Assembly (NCBI GenBank): GCA_033648345.1
Contig: GCA_033648345.1_4121.1
Reading direction: 5' to 3' (one strand)
Length of the DNA stretch: 64,000 nucleotides
Source: a phage
Part shown: in pieces, positions 1-12,283 of the stretch
How positions within the stretch are numbered: position 1 is the first letter of the stretch
Layout of the letters: every line of letters starts with the position of its first letter
Made by a program: the position numbers and the translations under genes
The notes under the pieces: model-generated
What the model saw: only the letters and a program-made list of their open reading frames with translations
Told to the model about the DNA's origin: nothing
The model's database searches: none

Positions 1-48
1 CTTGGATTTTACATTGGGTTTACACAACGAATTCTACAACAATATGAG

Positions 49-687
49 ATGAAACAGCCAGAGGTTTGGGTAGAAACTGATTCGAATGAGACGAATGTTT
101 TTTATCTGTACTCTTATTATGCGGAAATTGTTAGTTCAATGACGCTAGAAGGGTATCTATTCGTCAAAACATCTGATATTGAAAAAATATACATAGAACC
201 TGTATCTTTGGATATGGTTGCCCAGCTTCCAACAGTTCAATATTTGGATGCAAATGAGTTGACATATTCGGTGTTTGAGTACCTTAACCGAGACGATTTA
301 ACTCAAGAAATTGAGAATATGGTTTCAAAATATACCACAACTCTTATATCTAATGGTTCACTTAGAATAGAACTGATTTACGACGATACTAGTACTAATG
401 CAGTACGAGGAACTCGAATTGGAAAAGTTACTATACGTGTTGTCCACAATGATGTAGTACTTGGTTATATTTCGAAACGTGGTCATGACTTGTGTTTGAT
501 TAACACATATGTTATTGAACGAAAAGAATGGAACGATTTAATGCAAAAAATCGTAGACGGAAGTGGAATTCGTGATATAATGTGTAATGAGGTAGTGACA
601 ATGAATCCTGACATTGACTGTGATGTATATTTCCCAGTTCCTGGATTTACTCTACGTAATTTTGGTACATTAAAGGGTACAAAATGA
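49..687 (+). CDS. hypothetical protein (212 aa)
   Basis: long ORF in track; first gene of co-oriented plus-strand run; no motif recognised. Confidence 0.5.
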   Translation: MKQPEVWVETDSNETNVFYLYSYYAEIVSSMTLEGYLFVKTSDIEKIYIEPVSLDMVAQLPTVQYLDANELTYSVFEYLNRDDLTQEIENMVSKYTTTLISNGSLRIELIYDDTSTNAVRGTRIGKVTIRVVHNDVVLGYISKRGHDLCLINTYVIERKEWNDLMQKIVDGSGIRDIMCNEVVTMNPDIDCDVYFPVPGFTLRNFGTLKGTK

Positions 688-974
688 AAATTTTAGAAGT
701 CTTACTTGAAAAGGATGCATCCGGCACTCTTTATGTTGGTAATGAGTTCAGTCCTGATCCAATTGATATGATGCAGCGTATTCAAACACTGACCCAATCA
801 ATTTCAGTTAAACAACCTTTCCTAAAAGAATTGGAAATTCACTGCGATAAAGATATGGAACAACATGATAATGTTATTTCTGATATCAAAAGTCTATTGA
901 CAAAGAATGGATATGTGGAGTATAATCCTTCTATCGTAATCGTTATCCCTGACTTTATGAAAGGAACATTGTAA
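684..974 (+). CDS. hypothetical protein
   Basis: ORF in track; ATGA start/stop overlap with upstream gene. Confidence 0.5.
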   Translation: MKILEVLLEKDASGTLYVGNEFSPDPIDMMQRIQTLTQSISVKQPFLKELEIHCDKDMEQHDNVISDIKSLLTKNGYVEYNPSIVIVIPDFMKGTL

Positions 975-1243
975 TGACTAAAGAAGAAATGAAATCTCGC
1001 CTAAGCGAACTTAAGAAAGAACGAAAACTAGTCCGTTTGGACTGGGACATTCTTAACAAAAAAGATGAGCAATCATATGCTAACTGGAGTTCCGATAAAG
1101 TTCGCAATGACCGTTCCAAAGAAGACGCTAAACAGTTTATGGCATTGACCAAACGTTTATCTTCACTGAATAGTGAAATTACAGGTCTTCAAAAGGAAAT
1201 TATTTCAATTCTTCAAGTGGAGATCAACTCACTGTATGAATAA
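974..1243 (+). CDS. hypothetical protein, charged/coiled-coil-like
   Basis: ORF in track; start overlaps previous stop. Confidence 0.45.
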   Translation: MTKEEMKSRLSELKKERKLVRLDWDILNKKDEQSYANWSSDKVRNDRSKEDAKQFMALTKRLSSLNSEITGLQKEIISILQVEINSLYE

Positions 1244-1532
1244 ACATGAAGTGATTCATTTTGATGGTAAGATTTATGTACCAAACAATGATAGTACTGA
1301 ATCTTATTATCTAATCAATGCAATTATGTCAGAAACACAAACATGTTGCCGTCAGCGTCCAGGTGAGTATGAGTTCAGTCAGACCATTGGTTATTATCGT
1401 TATACTGAACTTGATAAATTTACAATCGATTCTAAAAAAGTTATTGACGTTCTCACGAAGAACGGATATAATGAATCCGAATCAAACGAAACAGAGTTAC
1501 CAGTTGTGAAATTTGTTCTAAAAAATAATTAA
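1236..1532 (+). CDS. hypothetical protein
   Basis: track ORF 1173-1532 trimmed to in-frame ATG at 1236 overlapping upstream stop. Confidence 0.4.
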   Translation: MNKHEVIHFDGKIYVPNNDSTESYYLINAIMSETQTCCRQRPGEYEFSQTIGYYRYTELDKFTIDSKKVIDVLTKNGYNESESNETELPVVKFVLKNN

Positions 1533-1535
1533 TTT

Positions 1536-1565
1536 TTGGGACAACACTGAAAAGCATGATATAAT
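1536..1565 (+). promoter_or_regulatory. putative promoter, TGGGACA-N17-TGATATAAT variant
   Basis: ttgggaca ... tgatataat read directly; same architecture recurs at 6674, 24137, 35334. Confidence 0.45.
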
Positions 1566-1649
1566 GTATATTATCGGCAGATGTAAAAATGCAAACCATT
1601 CCTCAATGATGAGGGTTTTTCATAAAAAAGAAATAAAAGGGTATTAAAA

Positions 1650-1859
1650 ATGGCTAAAGAAACTAACGCACAAGTACTAGATATCACCGACTTCGACCGC
1701 ACTGTGAACTACATTCAGTTCCAGATTCATCAAGCTGAAGAAGCTCTCGCAGTATTCCACGGTACTGGTGCAAGGCCAATCCGTTTTGCTCATCTAATTG
1801 CATGGAAGAAAAGTCTACAAGAAGAACTTTCTGAACTGCGTAAAGCAAACCGTAAGTAA
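1650..1859 (+). CDS. hypothetical protein (69 aa)
   Basis: ORF in track with AAAGGG RBS-like upstream; followed by terminator hairpin. Confidence 0.5.
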   Translation: MAKETNAQVLDITDFDRTVNYIQFQIHQAEEALAVFHGTGARPIRFAHLIAWKKSLQEELSELRKANRK

Positions 1860-1870
1860 TTGATTTCCTG

Positions 1871-1897
1871 CCTCATCAATGTTGATGGGGCTTTTTA
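1871..1897 (+). terminator. rho-independent terminator
   Basis: cctcatcaa-tg-ttgatgggg hairpin followed by cttttt. Confidence 0.55.
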
Positions 1898-1923
1898 ATA
1901 AAATACAAACTGAGGATATATTA

Positions 1924-2430
1924 ATGAGTGTTGAATATTGGTTTTTGTTTATATGTCTTGGTACACTAGTACTGATTACATTGGGCTTAATCTTCAATAC
2001 GGTAATCAGTGGTAGTAATTACTTCAAGTCATTTCAACTTCTAATGTCAGCAATGCAGTACAGTGACGAGGCAGAAGAAACCACTACGTTGATTTTGAAT
2101 AAACTTGAAGCTAACTTACTGGTTGCTAAAATTTCTTCGTGTAATACAAATATTGTATTTTATGCATCACCCGTGGACATTAATGGGTACGAAATGAGTT
2201 ACCAGCCAGCCGTTGCTGAAATTTTTATTGGTTCTAAGTATTATGCATATGGATATATCCGAAAGTATTATACTGAAGCAAAAGCCGAGCTAACAAAGAA
2301 ACGACCGTCAATTAAGACATTAAAGCGTATCATCGCACTAGAAAAGAAACTACGAGGTGATGTGACAAAAAATGATTCACCCACTGTAGTAAATACAAAG
2401 AAAAAAAATAACGTAGTGGAGTTGGATTAA
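1924..2430 (+). CDS. hypothetical membrane-associated protein
   Basis: track ORF trimmed to ATG at 1924 after GAGG; N-terminal hydrophobic helix. Confidence 0.45.
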   Translation: MSVEYWFLFICLGTLVLITLGLIFNTVISGSNYFKSFQLLMSAMQYSDEAEETTTLILNKLEANLLVAKISSCNTNIVFYASPVDINGYEMSYQPAVAEIFIGSKYYAYGYIRKYYTEAKAELTKKRPSIKTLKRIIALEKKLRGDVTKNDSPTVVNTKKKNNVVELD

Positions 2431-2735
2431 TGGACGCAGATAAATCAAACAGTATTCTTATTGATGTACAAACGAAGTTATTAGATGTTATGGAAATCAT
2501 CAAAGATTTACCACAAGGATATCAGTTTAAAGTTCGTGAAATGTTATCTTGTGCAGAAACGGTTGTGTCTATGTACAATGATGTGCAGCATGGAATTATC
2601 CCTGAAATTCTTCAAGATGGTCTAAATATTAACACAAAGATTCCAGCACAAGAGCCTGAAGAGGTTGTTCAGCCTGAACCAGAACCTCCTTTACGTAAAG
2701 TACTGGATCTATCTGGTATCAAAATTAACATCTAA
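2430..2735 (+). CDS. hypothetical protein
   Basis: ORF in track; start overlaps upstream stop. Confidence 0.5.
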   Translation: MDADKSNSILIDVQTKLLDVMEIIKDLPQGYQFKVREMLSCAETVVSMYNDVQHGIIPEILQDGLNINTKIPAQEPEEVVQPEPEPPLRKVLDLSGIKINI

Positions 2736-2757
2736 AATACATTCAATAGGAGAAGTA

Positions 2758-2904
2758 ATGAGTAATCAAAAAATTGACTTAGTAGTAAAACTTCAAGAGA
2801 TTCAAGCACTAGCTAAAGGACTTGATGAAAAACGTGCAGCAGTTGATTCACTGTGTGCAACAATTCTGACTGTTTTTGCAGATTACGAAAAGAAATCTGA
2901 TTAA
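2758..2904 (+). CDS. hypothetical small protein
   Basis: in-frame ATG after AGGAGAAG RBS inside track ORF 2665-2904. Confidence 0.4.
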   Translation: MSNQKIDLVVKLQEIQALAKGLDEKRAAVDSLCATILTVFADYEKKSD

Positions 2905-2913
2905 ACATTACTT

Positions 2914-2944
2914 TATACCCAGTCTAGTACTGGGTATTTTTTTT
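2914..2944 (+). terminator. rho-independent terminator
   Basis: atacccagt-ctagt-actgggtat hairpin followed by T8. Confidence 0.6.
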
Positions 2945-2955
2945 AAGGAAATAAA

Positions 2956-3348
2956 ATGACTGAATCTGAACTACGTGAAATGATAGATTTCATTTATGAA
3001 ATGGTGCAAGATAAAAATAACATTAATACAATTACTACTGGACCAAGACAAATTGGTAATCAAATGACATATTCGTTGTCCTTATGGTTACACCCGAACT
3101 TCAAGGTTGATTGTTTGCATTTTCGTCCTGATATTGATGCTTATTATTTTGTAAATCATGATGCATTAATGAAACCAAATAAGCGTCCAGTTGATGATGC
3201 CTTTGTGACGCACCCATTTTATCTGGCTGATTCCGAAGAAGATGAGTTTCAAAAGAACACAACGTTAAGCCCAGGTGAAATTTGCATCCCTTACACACTA
3301 AAAGATAAAATGATTTACATCACAGAAGTTATGAAAACATGCTGGTAA
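2956..3348 (+). CDS. hypothetical protein, EEE-F-Q-x-S C-terminal motif family
   Basis: ORF in track; contains SEEDEFQKNTTL motif shared with about 13 other ORFs. Confidence 0.5.
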   Translation: MTESELREMIDFIYEMVQDKNNINTITTGPRQIGNQMTYSLSLWLHPNFKVDCLHFRPDIDAYYFVNHDALMKPNKRPVDDAFVTHPFYLADSEEDEFQKNTTLSPGEICIPYTLKDKMIYITEVMKTCW

Positions 3349-3378
3349 GTGCAATGAAACTCTGATATAATACAAACA

Positions 3379-3615
3379 ATGATAATAGGAGGATATATGA
3401 AATTTATTAATTTTGATATTTCTAAGGCCAAAGAATTATTTGTAAGAAATGCAGTTTATGATATCATGTTACATAACGGTACTGTACAAGAAGATGTTGT
3501 ATTGTTTTCGTTTGATGGTGAAAATCTCGAAACTATATATAAATTCAGCAACTTAGATGGTGACTTTTGGGAAACCAGTGCTGTTAAAATGTATAGAATT
3601 AAAAAGGAGCATTAA
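3379..3615 (+). CDS. hypothetical protein
   Basis: ORF in track with GGAGG RBS. Confidence 0.45.
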   Translation: MIIGGYMKFINFDISKAKELFVRNAVYDIMLHNGTVQEDVVLFSFDGENLETIYKFSNLDGDFWETSAVKMYRIKKEH

Positions 3616-3616
3616 T

Positions 3617-4105
3617 ATGCCAATTCGTGGTGTACCAGAACCATTAATGGAAGTTATTAAGCATGTTCGCATTGGAGATCGAGAAGTTAATCTTCGCCGT
3701 AATAACATTTTTTACTTTAAAACTTCAGAAATGAGTTCTGTACAGATTGTCATTGGTACATCTATTAAGATTACTCGTGTACTTGATGGTAGTACTGACT
3801 TCGTTGAATATAATGTACTTACTAATAAAGTAACGCATATATATAAATGGAGTGGGTATAAAACTATTAAGTATGAATTTGACTTAGCTAGAACTGAAGA
3901 AGAACGATTTATGCTGAGTACTATCAATCCAGCAAACTATCCTGACCTTGATGCATTTTTGCTAATTTTAAAATTGTATAATGAAGCAAATCAGAAAGCC
4001 AAAGATTATGATAGAATCATGTATGAACGCCGAAAAGAACGTGCACAAAAAAGTTATGATCTGTATGATAGCCCATACGTGAAATATAGTAAGGGGTCGA
4101 AATGA
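3617..4105 (+). CDS. hypothetical protein, EEE-F-x-x-S motif family
   Basis: track ORF trimmed to ATG at 3617 after AAGGAG; TEEERFMLSTI motif. Confidence 0.5.
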   Translation: MPIRGVPEPLMEVIKHVRIGDREVNLRRNNIFYFKTSEMSSVQIVIGTSIKITRVLDGSTDFVEYNVLTNKVTHIYKWSGYKTIKYEFDLARTEEERFMLSTINPANYPDLDAFLLILKLYNEANQKAKDYDRIMYERRKERAQKSYDLYDSPYVKYSKGSK

Positions 4106-4506
4106 ATAAAGAAGTTCAAATTATCATAACTCCACCTATACAAAGTCTGGATGTATCCATTAGTGATTTTTTGGAAAAATACTATGAATGGTTTAATGAA
4201 GATTCAGTAATTTATAACCATTCATTACCTGATGGTTTCGTTGAGCTTATTGAATTAAATGCAAAATCACTATACTTCTGTGTTGAATACAATGATTATA
4301 TGACAGATGAAGTATATCGTTTTCGTTGTACATTGTATCCTAACCATTTTTCCATTGGTTATAAAGACTATCAGTACTGCACCACAAACTATAGTGTAGA
4401 GGAAGAATTTCAGTACAATTTACTTTATCCAGATTTAGATTATACGATTGCAGTGCTGTTGACTAAAATCATGGATTTTTATAAAGATAAATATAATGCA
4501 GCCTAA
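4102..4506 (+). CDS. hypothetical protein, EEE-F-Q motif family
   Basis: ORF in track; VEEEFQYNLL motif; overlapping start/stop. Confidence 0.5.
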   Translation: MNKEVQIIITPPIQSLDVSISDFLEKYYEWFNEDSVIYNHSLPDGFVELIELNAKSLYFCVEYNDYMTDEVYRFRCTLYPNHFSIGYKDYQYCTTNYSVEEEFQYNLLYPDLDYTIAVLLTKIMDFYKDKYNAA

Positions 4507-4681
4507 GACATTTGATGAGTGGTTTAATCTACACTATAATATAAATGCAGCAGATATATACTATTTTAAGCTTGAATTGTATATATCATTGCGTAACCCA
4601 ATTGAGTACTATAACAACATTATCAATTGTGATGATTTTGGTACATATTTTAGTATAGCAGTCATGGACAAAATAAGATGA
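4496..4681 (+). CDS. hypothetical small protein
   Basis: ORF in track, translationally coupled to neighbours. Confidence 0.35.
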   Translation: MQPKTFDEWFNLHYNINAADIYYFKLELYISLRNPIEYYNNIINCDDFGTYFSIAVMDKIR

Positions 4682-4860
4682 CACACAAAGAATGGTTAGA
4701 TGAACTAAAATTTAAACATAATCCTTTTGGTTTTGGTATACGCCAAGGTCATTATGATGTGTTAAAAGATAAACAACTTTTCAAATCATTGGTACTTAAT
4801 GAGGATAGTAATCACTGGTACATCTATGAGCTTGCAATTAGAGACAAAAAAATTGACTAG
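4678..4860 (+). CDS. MTHEEW-family small protein
   Basis: N-terminus MTHKEW and C-terminal W(Y/F)IYELA(I/F)RD shared with 5406-5576; MTHEEW N-terminus also in 7240, 7401, 7562. Confidence 0.5.
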   Translation: MTHKEWLDELKFKHNPFGFGIRQGHYDVLKDKQLFKSLVLNEDSNHWYIYELAIRDKKID

Positions 4861-4905
4861 TACTGATATATATGCTATTCTTTTGTTTTAAGCAGGAGAA
4901 CAATA

Positions 4906-5409
4906 ATGCTCATTACGCATGTACCGGAAAGTATTACTGAGATTTTAAGTAAAATTAATGTTAATGAATTTGAACGAACAGTTCGAAAACAAGGTACTTA
5001 TCACTATAAGCACAAAGATGGTGAACATCAAATAAGCTTAGATCAGAATTATCAAACTCTAACAATTAAAATGGTTACTCGCTGGAATTTTATTCGTAAA
5101 GATACTATTATCTGTGATTTTGGTAAAAGACTACTTAGAAAATGTTTCTCTGAAACAAATGGTATCTATCCAAACCCGAATAGAATTTTCACATATCAAT
5201 ACATCACAGATGAAGATGTACATTTTCAAGAGAGTTTGGTATGTGATAATAAGTACTTTCCCGCATTTTCAGATAATTTGAAGTTAAAAGAACTATATAA
5301 CTATTTCTTAAACGACAATATTCTGTGGGATGAAGAATTAAAACAACGACAGATAGAACGTGAAAAGAAAAAAGTCTGGACTGGTTCACATTGGATGCAA
5401 CGTAAATGA
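4906..5409 (+). CDS. hypothetical protein, F-Q-E-S motif family
   Basis: ORF in track; DEDVHFQESLV motif. Confidence 0.5.
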   Translation: MLITHVPESITEILSKINVNEFERTVRKQGTYHYKHKDGEHQISLDQNYQTLTIKMVTRWNFIRKDTIICDFGKRLLRKCFSETNGIYPNPNRIFTYQYITDEDVHFQESLVCDNKYFPAFSDNLKLKELYNYFLNDNILWDEELKQRQIEREKKKVWTGSHWMQRK

Positions 5410-5576
5410 CACATGAAGAATGGATGTCTATTATGAAAGAACGATATGATCTGTTTGGGAATGGATTTCGTGATGGTCATTACGATATTTTACGAGACAA
5501 ACATCAGTTCGATTTATATGTACTAGATGAGGATGGAAATCGATGGTTCATATATGAGCTTGCATTTAGGGATTAG
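5406..5576 (+). CDS. MTHEEW-family small protein (56 aa)
   Basis: not in track (<60 aa); ATG at 5406 overlapping upstream stop; translation MTHEEWMSIMKERYDLFGNGFRDGHYD...WFIYELAFRD. Confidence 0.45.
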   Translation: MTHEEWMSIMKERYDLFGNGFRDGHYDILRDKHQFDLYVLDEDGNRWFIYELAFRD

Positions 5577-5586
5577 AAGATATATT

Positions 5587-5935
<349 letters not shown>

Positions 5936-5948
5936 CGAGGAATCCAAA

Positions 5949-6146
5949 GTGACTAAAGCAGAACTTGTAGCATTATTGGAATCATATCCCGATGATGCAT
6001 GTATTGAAGTTGTTCATAATGCGAGACATTTTGACATTGAAGATGTAGTACGTTATAATGACAAAGGTGTACTCATCATGGAACTATGTATTGGTGAAAT
6101 GAAAACTGTACCCGAATCAGAAAAACGTAAAAATAGTAAACCGTAA
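5949..6146 (+). CDS. hypothetical protein
   Basis: ORF in track (GTG start) after GAGGAA. Confidence 0.45.
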   Translation: MTKAELVALLESYPDDACIEVVHNARHFDIEDVVRYNDKGVLIMELCIGEMKTVPESEKRKNSKP

Positions 6147-6156
6147 GGAAAATAAA

Positions 6157-6375
6157 ATGGAATCTACTCTATTAGAAGTTATTAACTCATTAAACGCTGG
6201 CGACAATGTTCAAGTACTCCTTCAGGGATATCGTGTAAAAGGTTCAGTAGTTTTAGTTAATGATACCACTGTTGTTGTAACTGAAACTAACCCGTTTGAC
6301 AGTAATGAACTTGCTAATATCCATATTGATATTAAAAGTATTATTGGTGTTGGTGTAACTAAACCACAAGAATAA
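6157..6375 (+). CDS. hypothetical protein
   Basis: ORF in track with AAGGAAAA RBS-like upstream. Confidence 0.45.
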   Translation: MESTLLEVINSLNAGDNVQVLLQGYRVKGSVVLVNDTTVVVTETNPFDSNELANIHIDIKSIIGVGVTKPQE

Positions 6376-6396
6376 CAATTGTTATTGGGGATTACT

Positions 6397-6669
6397 ATGC
6401 ATTTTGAAAAATTCAATACAAATCGTAACACACGCATTGACGTTCTTTATGAAACACAAGACTCAATAAGCATTCGTACACGTAGTGGTGATGTATATCA
6501 TGACTGTACTATTGGTTGGGAACAGGGAAGAACACGTAGTGCAGAATTCGATAACTATCGCTTCTACCAAGGGGACACCACAATCTGGCCTGAACACGTA
6601 GAAGATATTGCGATTGAAGATGAACATAAAGATGAATTTATAAAATTTAATCCCGAAACCGAATCATAA
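6397..6669 (+). CDS. hypothetical protein
   Basis: track ORF trimmed to ATG at 6397. Confidence 0.45.
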   Translation: MHFEKFNTNRNTRIDVLYETQDSISIRTRSGDVYHDCTIGWEQGRTRSAEFDNYRFYQGDTTIWPEHVEDIAIEDEHKDEFIKFNPETES

Positions 6670-6673
6670 ATAT

Positions 6674-6702
6674 TGGGACAGACCAAAAAGATGTGATATA
6701 AT
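6674..6702 (+). promoter_or_regulatory. putative promoter, TGGGACA-N17-TGATATAAT variant
   Basis: tgggac agaccaaaaagatgtga tataat. Confidence 0.45.
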
Positions 6703-6725
6703 TATTAACATGATAACAAAAATAC

Positions 6726-7130
6726 ATGGAACGTAAAATGTGGGGAAACGAATATAAATCAAAACAAGGAAATATTGGAGTTGCTCGTGCAATAGATTAC
6801 TATGTCACGAATGGTTATTCAGTGTCGATACCGATGAATGACACACAATCATATGACTTGGTTGTTGATGATAATATTAAATTGTATAGAGTATCCGTAA
6901 AAACAACATCATACAAAGCACCATCTGGAAATTATAATGTCCAACTAAAAAATAGTGGTGGTTCTAGTGGTAAGAGTGTTATACGAAACTTTGATAAAAC
7001 ATCGTGTGACATACTGTTTGTGTTGTGTGATAATAATGACATATATATCATCCCAATTGATGACATTGATGCACATTCAGCATTTACATTAACTGAAGAA
7101 CGTAAGAAATATATTAGAAAATTATATTAA
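6726..7130 (+). CDS. hypothetical protein, possible PD-(D/E)xK-like nuclease
   Basis: ORF in track; D...VSVK spacing weakly resembles PD-(D/E)xK; low certainty. Confidence 0.45.
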   Translation: MERKMWGNEYKSKQGNIGVARAIDYYVTNGYSVSIPMNDTQSYDLVVDDNIKLYRVSVKTTSYKAPSGNYNVQLKNSGGSSGKSVIRNFDKTSCDILFVLCDNNDIYIIPIDDIDAHSAFTLTEERKKYIRKLY

Positions 7131-7136
7131 AAATAT

Positions 7137-7222
<86 letters not shown>

Positions 7223-7239
7223 CAATTAAAGGTTAAACC

Positions 7240-7400
<161 letters not shown>

Positions 7401-7404
<4 letters not shown>

Positions 7405-7561
7405 CACATGAAGAATGGATGAATGACATTAATTTTAGATATTCGGGTATCGGTAAATGGCTAAAGTATCATTGGGAATTCATTTCAGAGCCACATCTGT
7501 ATGATAAACTTATCAACGATCCAGCATATGAAATGTACTTAATTGAACTACTGGTACGAAT

Positions 7562-7565
<4 letters not shown>
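7401..7565 (+). CDS. MTHEEW-family small protein, tandem copy 2
   Basis: ATGA start/stop overlap with copy 1; same length. Confidence 0.45.
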
Positions 7566-7733
<168 letters not shown>

Positions 7734-7734
7734 G

Positions 7735-8188
<454 letters not shown>

Positions 8189-8216
8189 GTATCTTAACAA
8201 CAGAAGGTATATTGAA

Positions 8217-8456
8217 ATGGGTAAGTATTTTGTGAGTTATAGTTATAATGTATCACGAAAGATTCCACGTGGTGACGGAATGGGATGGTCTTATGATGCA
8301 TATACTTTAAATGAGTCATGTATCATCGAATTACAAGAAAAAGACCTTGACATTTTAAAAATCAAACAACATATTCTTGATGTTGAATTGGCACATCGTA
8401 CTGATACCTATCCAGATGTAAACAACATCAGCATCTTAGTACTAACCAAAGTATAA
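8217..8456 (+). CDS. hypothetical protein
   Basis: track ORF trimmed to ATG 8217 after GAAGG. Confidence 0.45.
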   Translation: MGKYFVSYSYNVSRKIPRGDGMGWSYDAYTLNESCIIELQEKDLDILKIKQHILDVELAHRTDTYPDVNNISILVLTKV

Positions 8457-8532
8457 GATAAAAAGAACTTTACTAAATAATTCCACTGGAGATTAATATG
8501 TTTAAAGATGAACGTCCAGATTTGTAAAAAGT

Positions 8533-8561
8533 ACTTGAATAAATAATTCAGTACTGATATA
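8533..8561 (+). promoter_or_regulatory. putative promoter TTGAAT-N17-TATAAT
   Basis: acttgaataaataattcagtactgatataatg. Confidence 0.45.
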
Positions 8562-8926
8562 ATGAATTCCACAATTAGACGTATATGGTGTAAGTTACGT
8601 CGATGTAATCCAGAACAAGATCTCTGGTACTCTAGGAAGTGGTGAATGTTAACCTAGACGGGTTTGATAATTGGACGATAGGCAATTATTACTTGACTAG
8701 CAGGTTTAAACTAGAGGTGACAGTCCTTCACCAAACTGGAAAACCGGATGGACTTTTATTTAAAAGGGTAAGGCGTGGAAATATGTTTACAGAAGTTGCT
8801 TTTAGTAGCCTGTACGCCCCACGTCAAGGTAGCCGAAAGGCAAGTTAAAACGGGTGGTTATAAAGCTGAATTAACAGCGGCGTTTAAAAGCGTCACCATC
8901 CATTTTTTTTAATTAAAGTTGGTGAT

Positions 8927-9455
<529 letters not shown>

Positions 9456-9456
9456 T

Positions 9457-9574
<118 letters not shown>

Positions 9575-9648
9575 CTTTTTAATTTAAAAGTTTTTTTACT
9601 GTAGTGTTTAGTATCGTATAATGTAATCAAAAGGATAAAATAAAACTC

Positions 9649-10173
<525 letters not shown>

Positions 10174-10207
10174 TAAAAAACAGTACTGATATAATACAAA
10201 CATATTC

Positions 10208-10283
10208 GGCCCTGTATACAATCCAGGAATGTACTCTGCTCATAACAGATGTAAGGTCGGGGCAGCACCGACCAGGGCCACCA
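10208..10283 (+). tRNA. candidate tRNA (anticodon CAT, Met or Ile2) with non-canonical T-loop
   Basis: perfect 7-bp acceptor ggccctg/cagggcc, discriminator A plus CCA, D-arm taca/tgta, loop ctCATaa; T-loop GGCAGCA atypical and no position 26. Confidence 0.45.
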
Positions 10284-10389
10284 ATTTTGGACACATTAAT
10301 CTTCGATGGTAATGCTGGTTAATATCTTACGGCTGTAAAATGCAATACATTACATATTGCTTCAGGTACAGAGATATAAAGATTAATTA

Positions 10390-10890
10390 ATGAGGTATCC
10401 TTATTTTGTCCAATCCTTAATAACTAGAAATGGTGGAAAAGAAATGAAAGGTGTTTCAATTTTTTACGATTACCATGAACAAGGTTTACCACATCAGATT
10501 GCTGGAATCTATTCTACGTCTGATAAAACCGAAGAAGAGATGCGTACTGAATTATTGTCGCTAATTGGTGAGAGAAGTTTCCATGAACGTGATCAACCAA
10601 TTTTCATTAACCACACACATTTGTATGCAAAAAGTTTGCTAGGTGAAGAACTTGATAAAAAGGTGGAATACACTTTGAAACAGTTCTTCCCAATCGCACT
10701 TGATGTAGTTGGTTTCAAATCATCGGATTTCAAGTTCATGTACTATGATGTTGAAGCATATGAGTTCACTTGGAACAATCGTTATCATAAACAATTACAC
10801 CAATATCGTTTAGAACTTCAACATGAAGCGGCTGAAGCATATAAAGCAAAACGAGCAGCACAGAAGCTTGAAGGTAACGTACAGAAATGA
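10390..10890 (+). CDS. hypothetical protein
   Basis: ORF in track; alternative start ATG 10444. Confidence 0.5.
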   Translation: MRYPYFVQSLITRNGGKEMKGVSIFYDYHEQGLPHQIAGIYSTSDKTEEEMRTELLSLIGERSFHERDQPIFINHTHLYAKSLLGEELDKKVEYTLKQFFPIALDVVGFKSSDFKFMYYDVEAYEFTWNNRYHKQLHQYRLELQHEAAEAYKAKRAAQKLEGNVQK

Positions 10891-11189
10891 TAGAATCTAT
10901 CTTATGTGTACTGTTGCCAATTTTAGTAGTTGCTTTGATATGTCTTTATTATGGTTACAGTACTGTGATTGATAAAAAGCAAGTTTACGTCATTACATTC
11001 AGTACTACGCATCTTGAGTTTGGTAATGTTCACACTGGTGTCACTTATATTGCATACCGTTGTAAGTACTTCCATAAGTTCAAATCTTATGATATGATCT
11101 ATTACTGTGATGAATGCAACGTGAATCGTTATATTGACATAAACGATGAATCGAAAAAATCGTTTTACATTTTTAAAGAATTAAAATAA
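10887..11189 (+). CDS. hypothetical protein with N-terminal TM helix and Cys-rich C-terminus
   Basis: ORF in track; CKYFHK...YYCDECNVNRY. Confidence 0.45.
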   Translation: MIESILCVLLPILVVALICLYYGYSTVIDKKQVYVITFSTTHLEFGNVHTGVTYIAYRCKYFHKFKSYDMIYYCDECNVNRYIDINDESKKSFYIFKELK

Positions 11190-11201
11190 ATGGAGACGGA
11201 T

Positions 11202-11369
<168 letters not shown>

Positions 11370-11388
11370 AGAGGTACTTCGAGTATGC

Positions 11389-11514
<126 letters not shown>

Positions 11515-11516
11515 TA

Positions 11517-11598
<82 letters not shown>

Positions 11599-11658
11599 GA
11601 AGAAACTGCTAAACAGCTTGAAGAACTTTGTAGTGCTGCACCTATGCCGACACTTGGC

Positions 11659-11719
<61 letters not shown>

Positions 11720-11770
11720 GCCTCCCCTCAATGCGAAAGAGTATGGCGACTTGTTGGTTATCTTACTTCT

Positions 11771-11849
<79 letters not shown>

Positions 11850-11866
11850 CAAAATAAAGGTACACT

Positions 11867-12283
11867 ATGAAATACAACATTGTTAAAATGGTGAACTATG
11901 TATTAAAAAACAACACATGGTCACTGCATGATGTACAAATAGAAGATATTGGTGAAGTTAGAGTATTTTGCTATGATCCAGATTTGAATCAAACCACAGA
12001 TTTGAGTAAATGTTTTAATATTTTTCTTGGTTATGAATTCAATAATCATTTTTATTCATTTGATGTGTATTTTGAACGAGTTAAAATCAGAATTGCTAAT
12101 GTAAATAGTGATTATTATGACACTAGAATTGAATTGAATTTTGACGATATTGATACTGAAGAAAAATTCTTTCAGTACTGCCTCGTTAACAACACATTAG
12201 GATTAACATTTGATGACATTAGTGCTATCCTTAAAGTTCAAAGATTGATTCCAGAAGAGGTATTAAATCCGTTAAATGACTAG
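11867..12283 (+). CDS. hypothetical protein, F-Q-Y motif family
   Basis: ORF in track; C-terminus paralogous to 12276-12641 (FFQYCLVNN...GLTFDDISAIL). Confidence 0.5.
   Translation: MKYNIVKMVNYVLKNNTWSLHDVQIEDIGEVRVFCYDPDLNQTTDLSKCFNIFLGYEFNNHFYSFDVYFERVKIRIANVNSDYYDTRIELNFDDIDTEEKFFQYCLVNNTLGLTFDDISAILKVQRLIPEEVLNPLND

Noticed and set aside
8639-8848. Protein-coding call for ORF 8639-8848
   Set aside because: Rare-codon-rich and in a hairpin-rich, GC-elevated segment; more likely structured RNA, though not proven.
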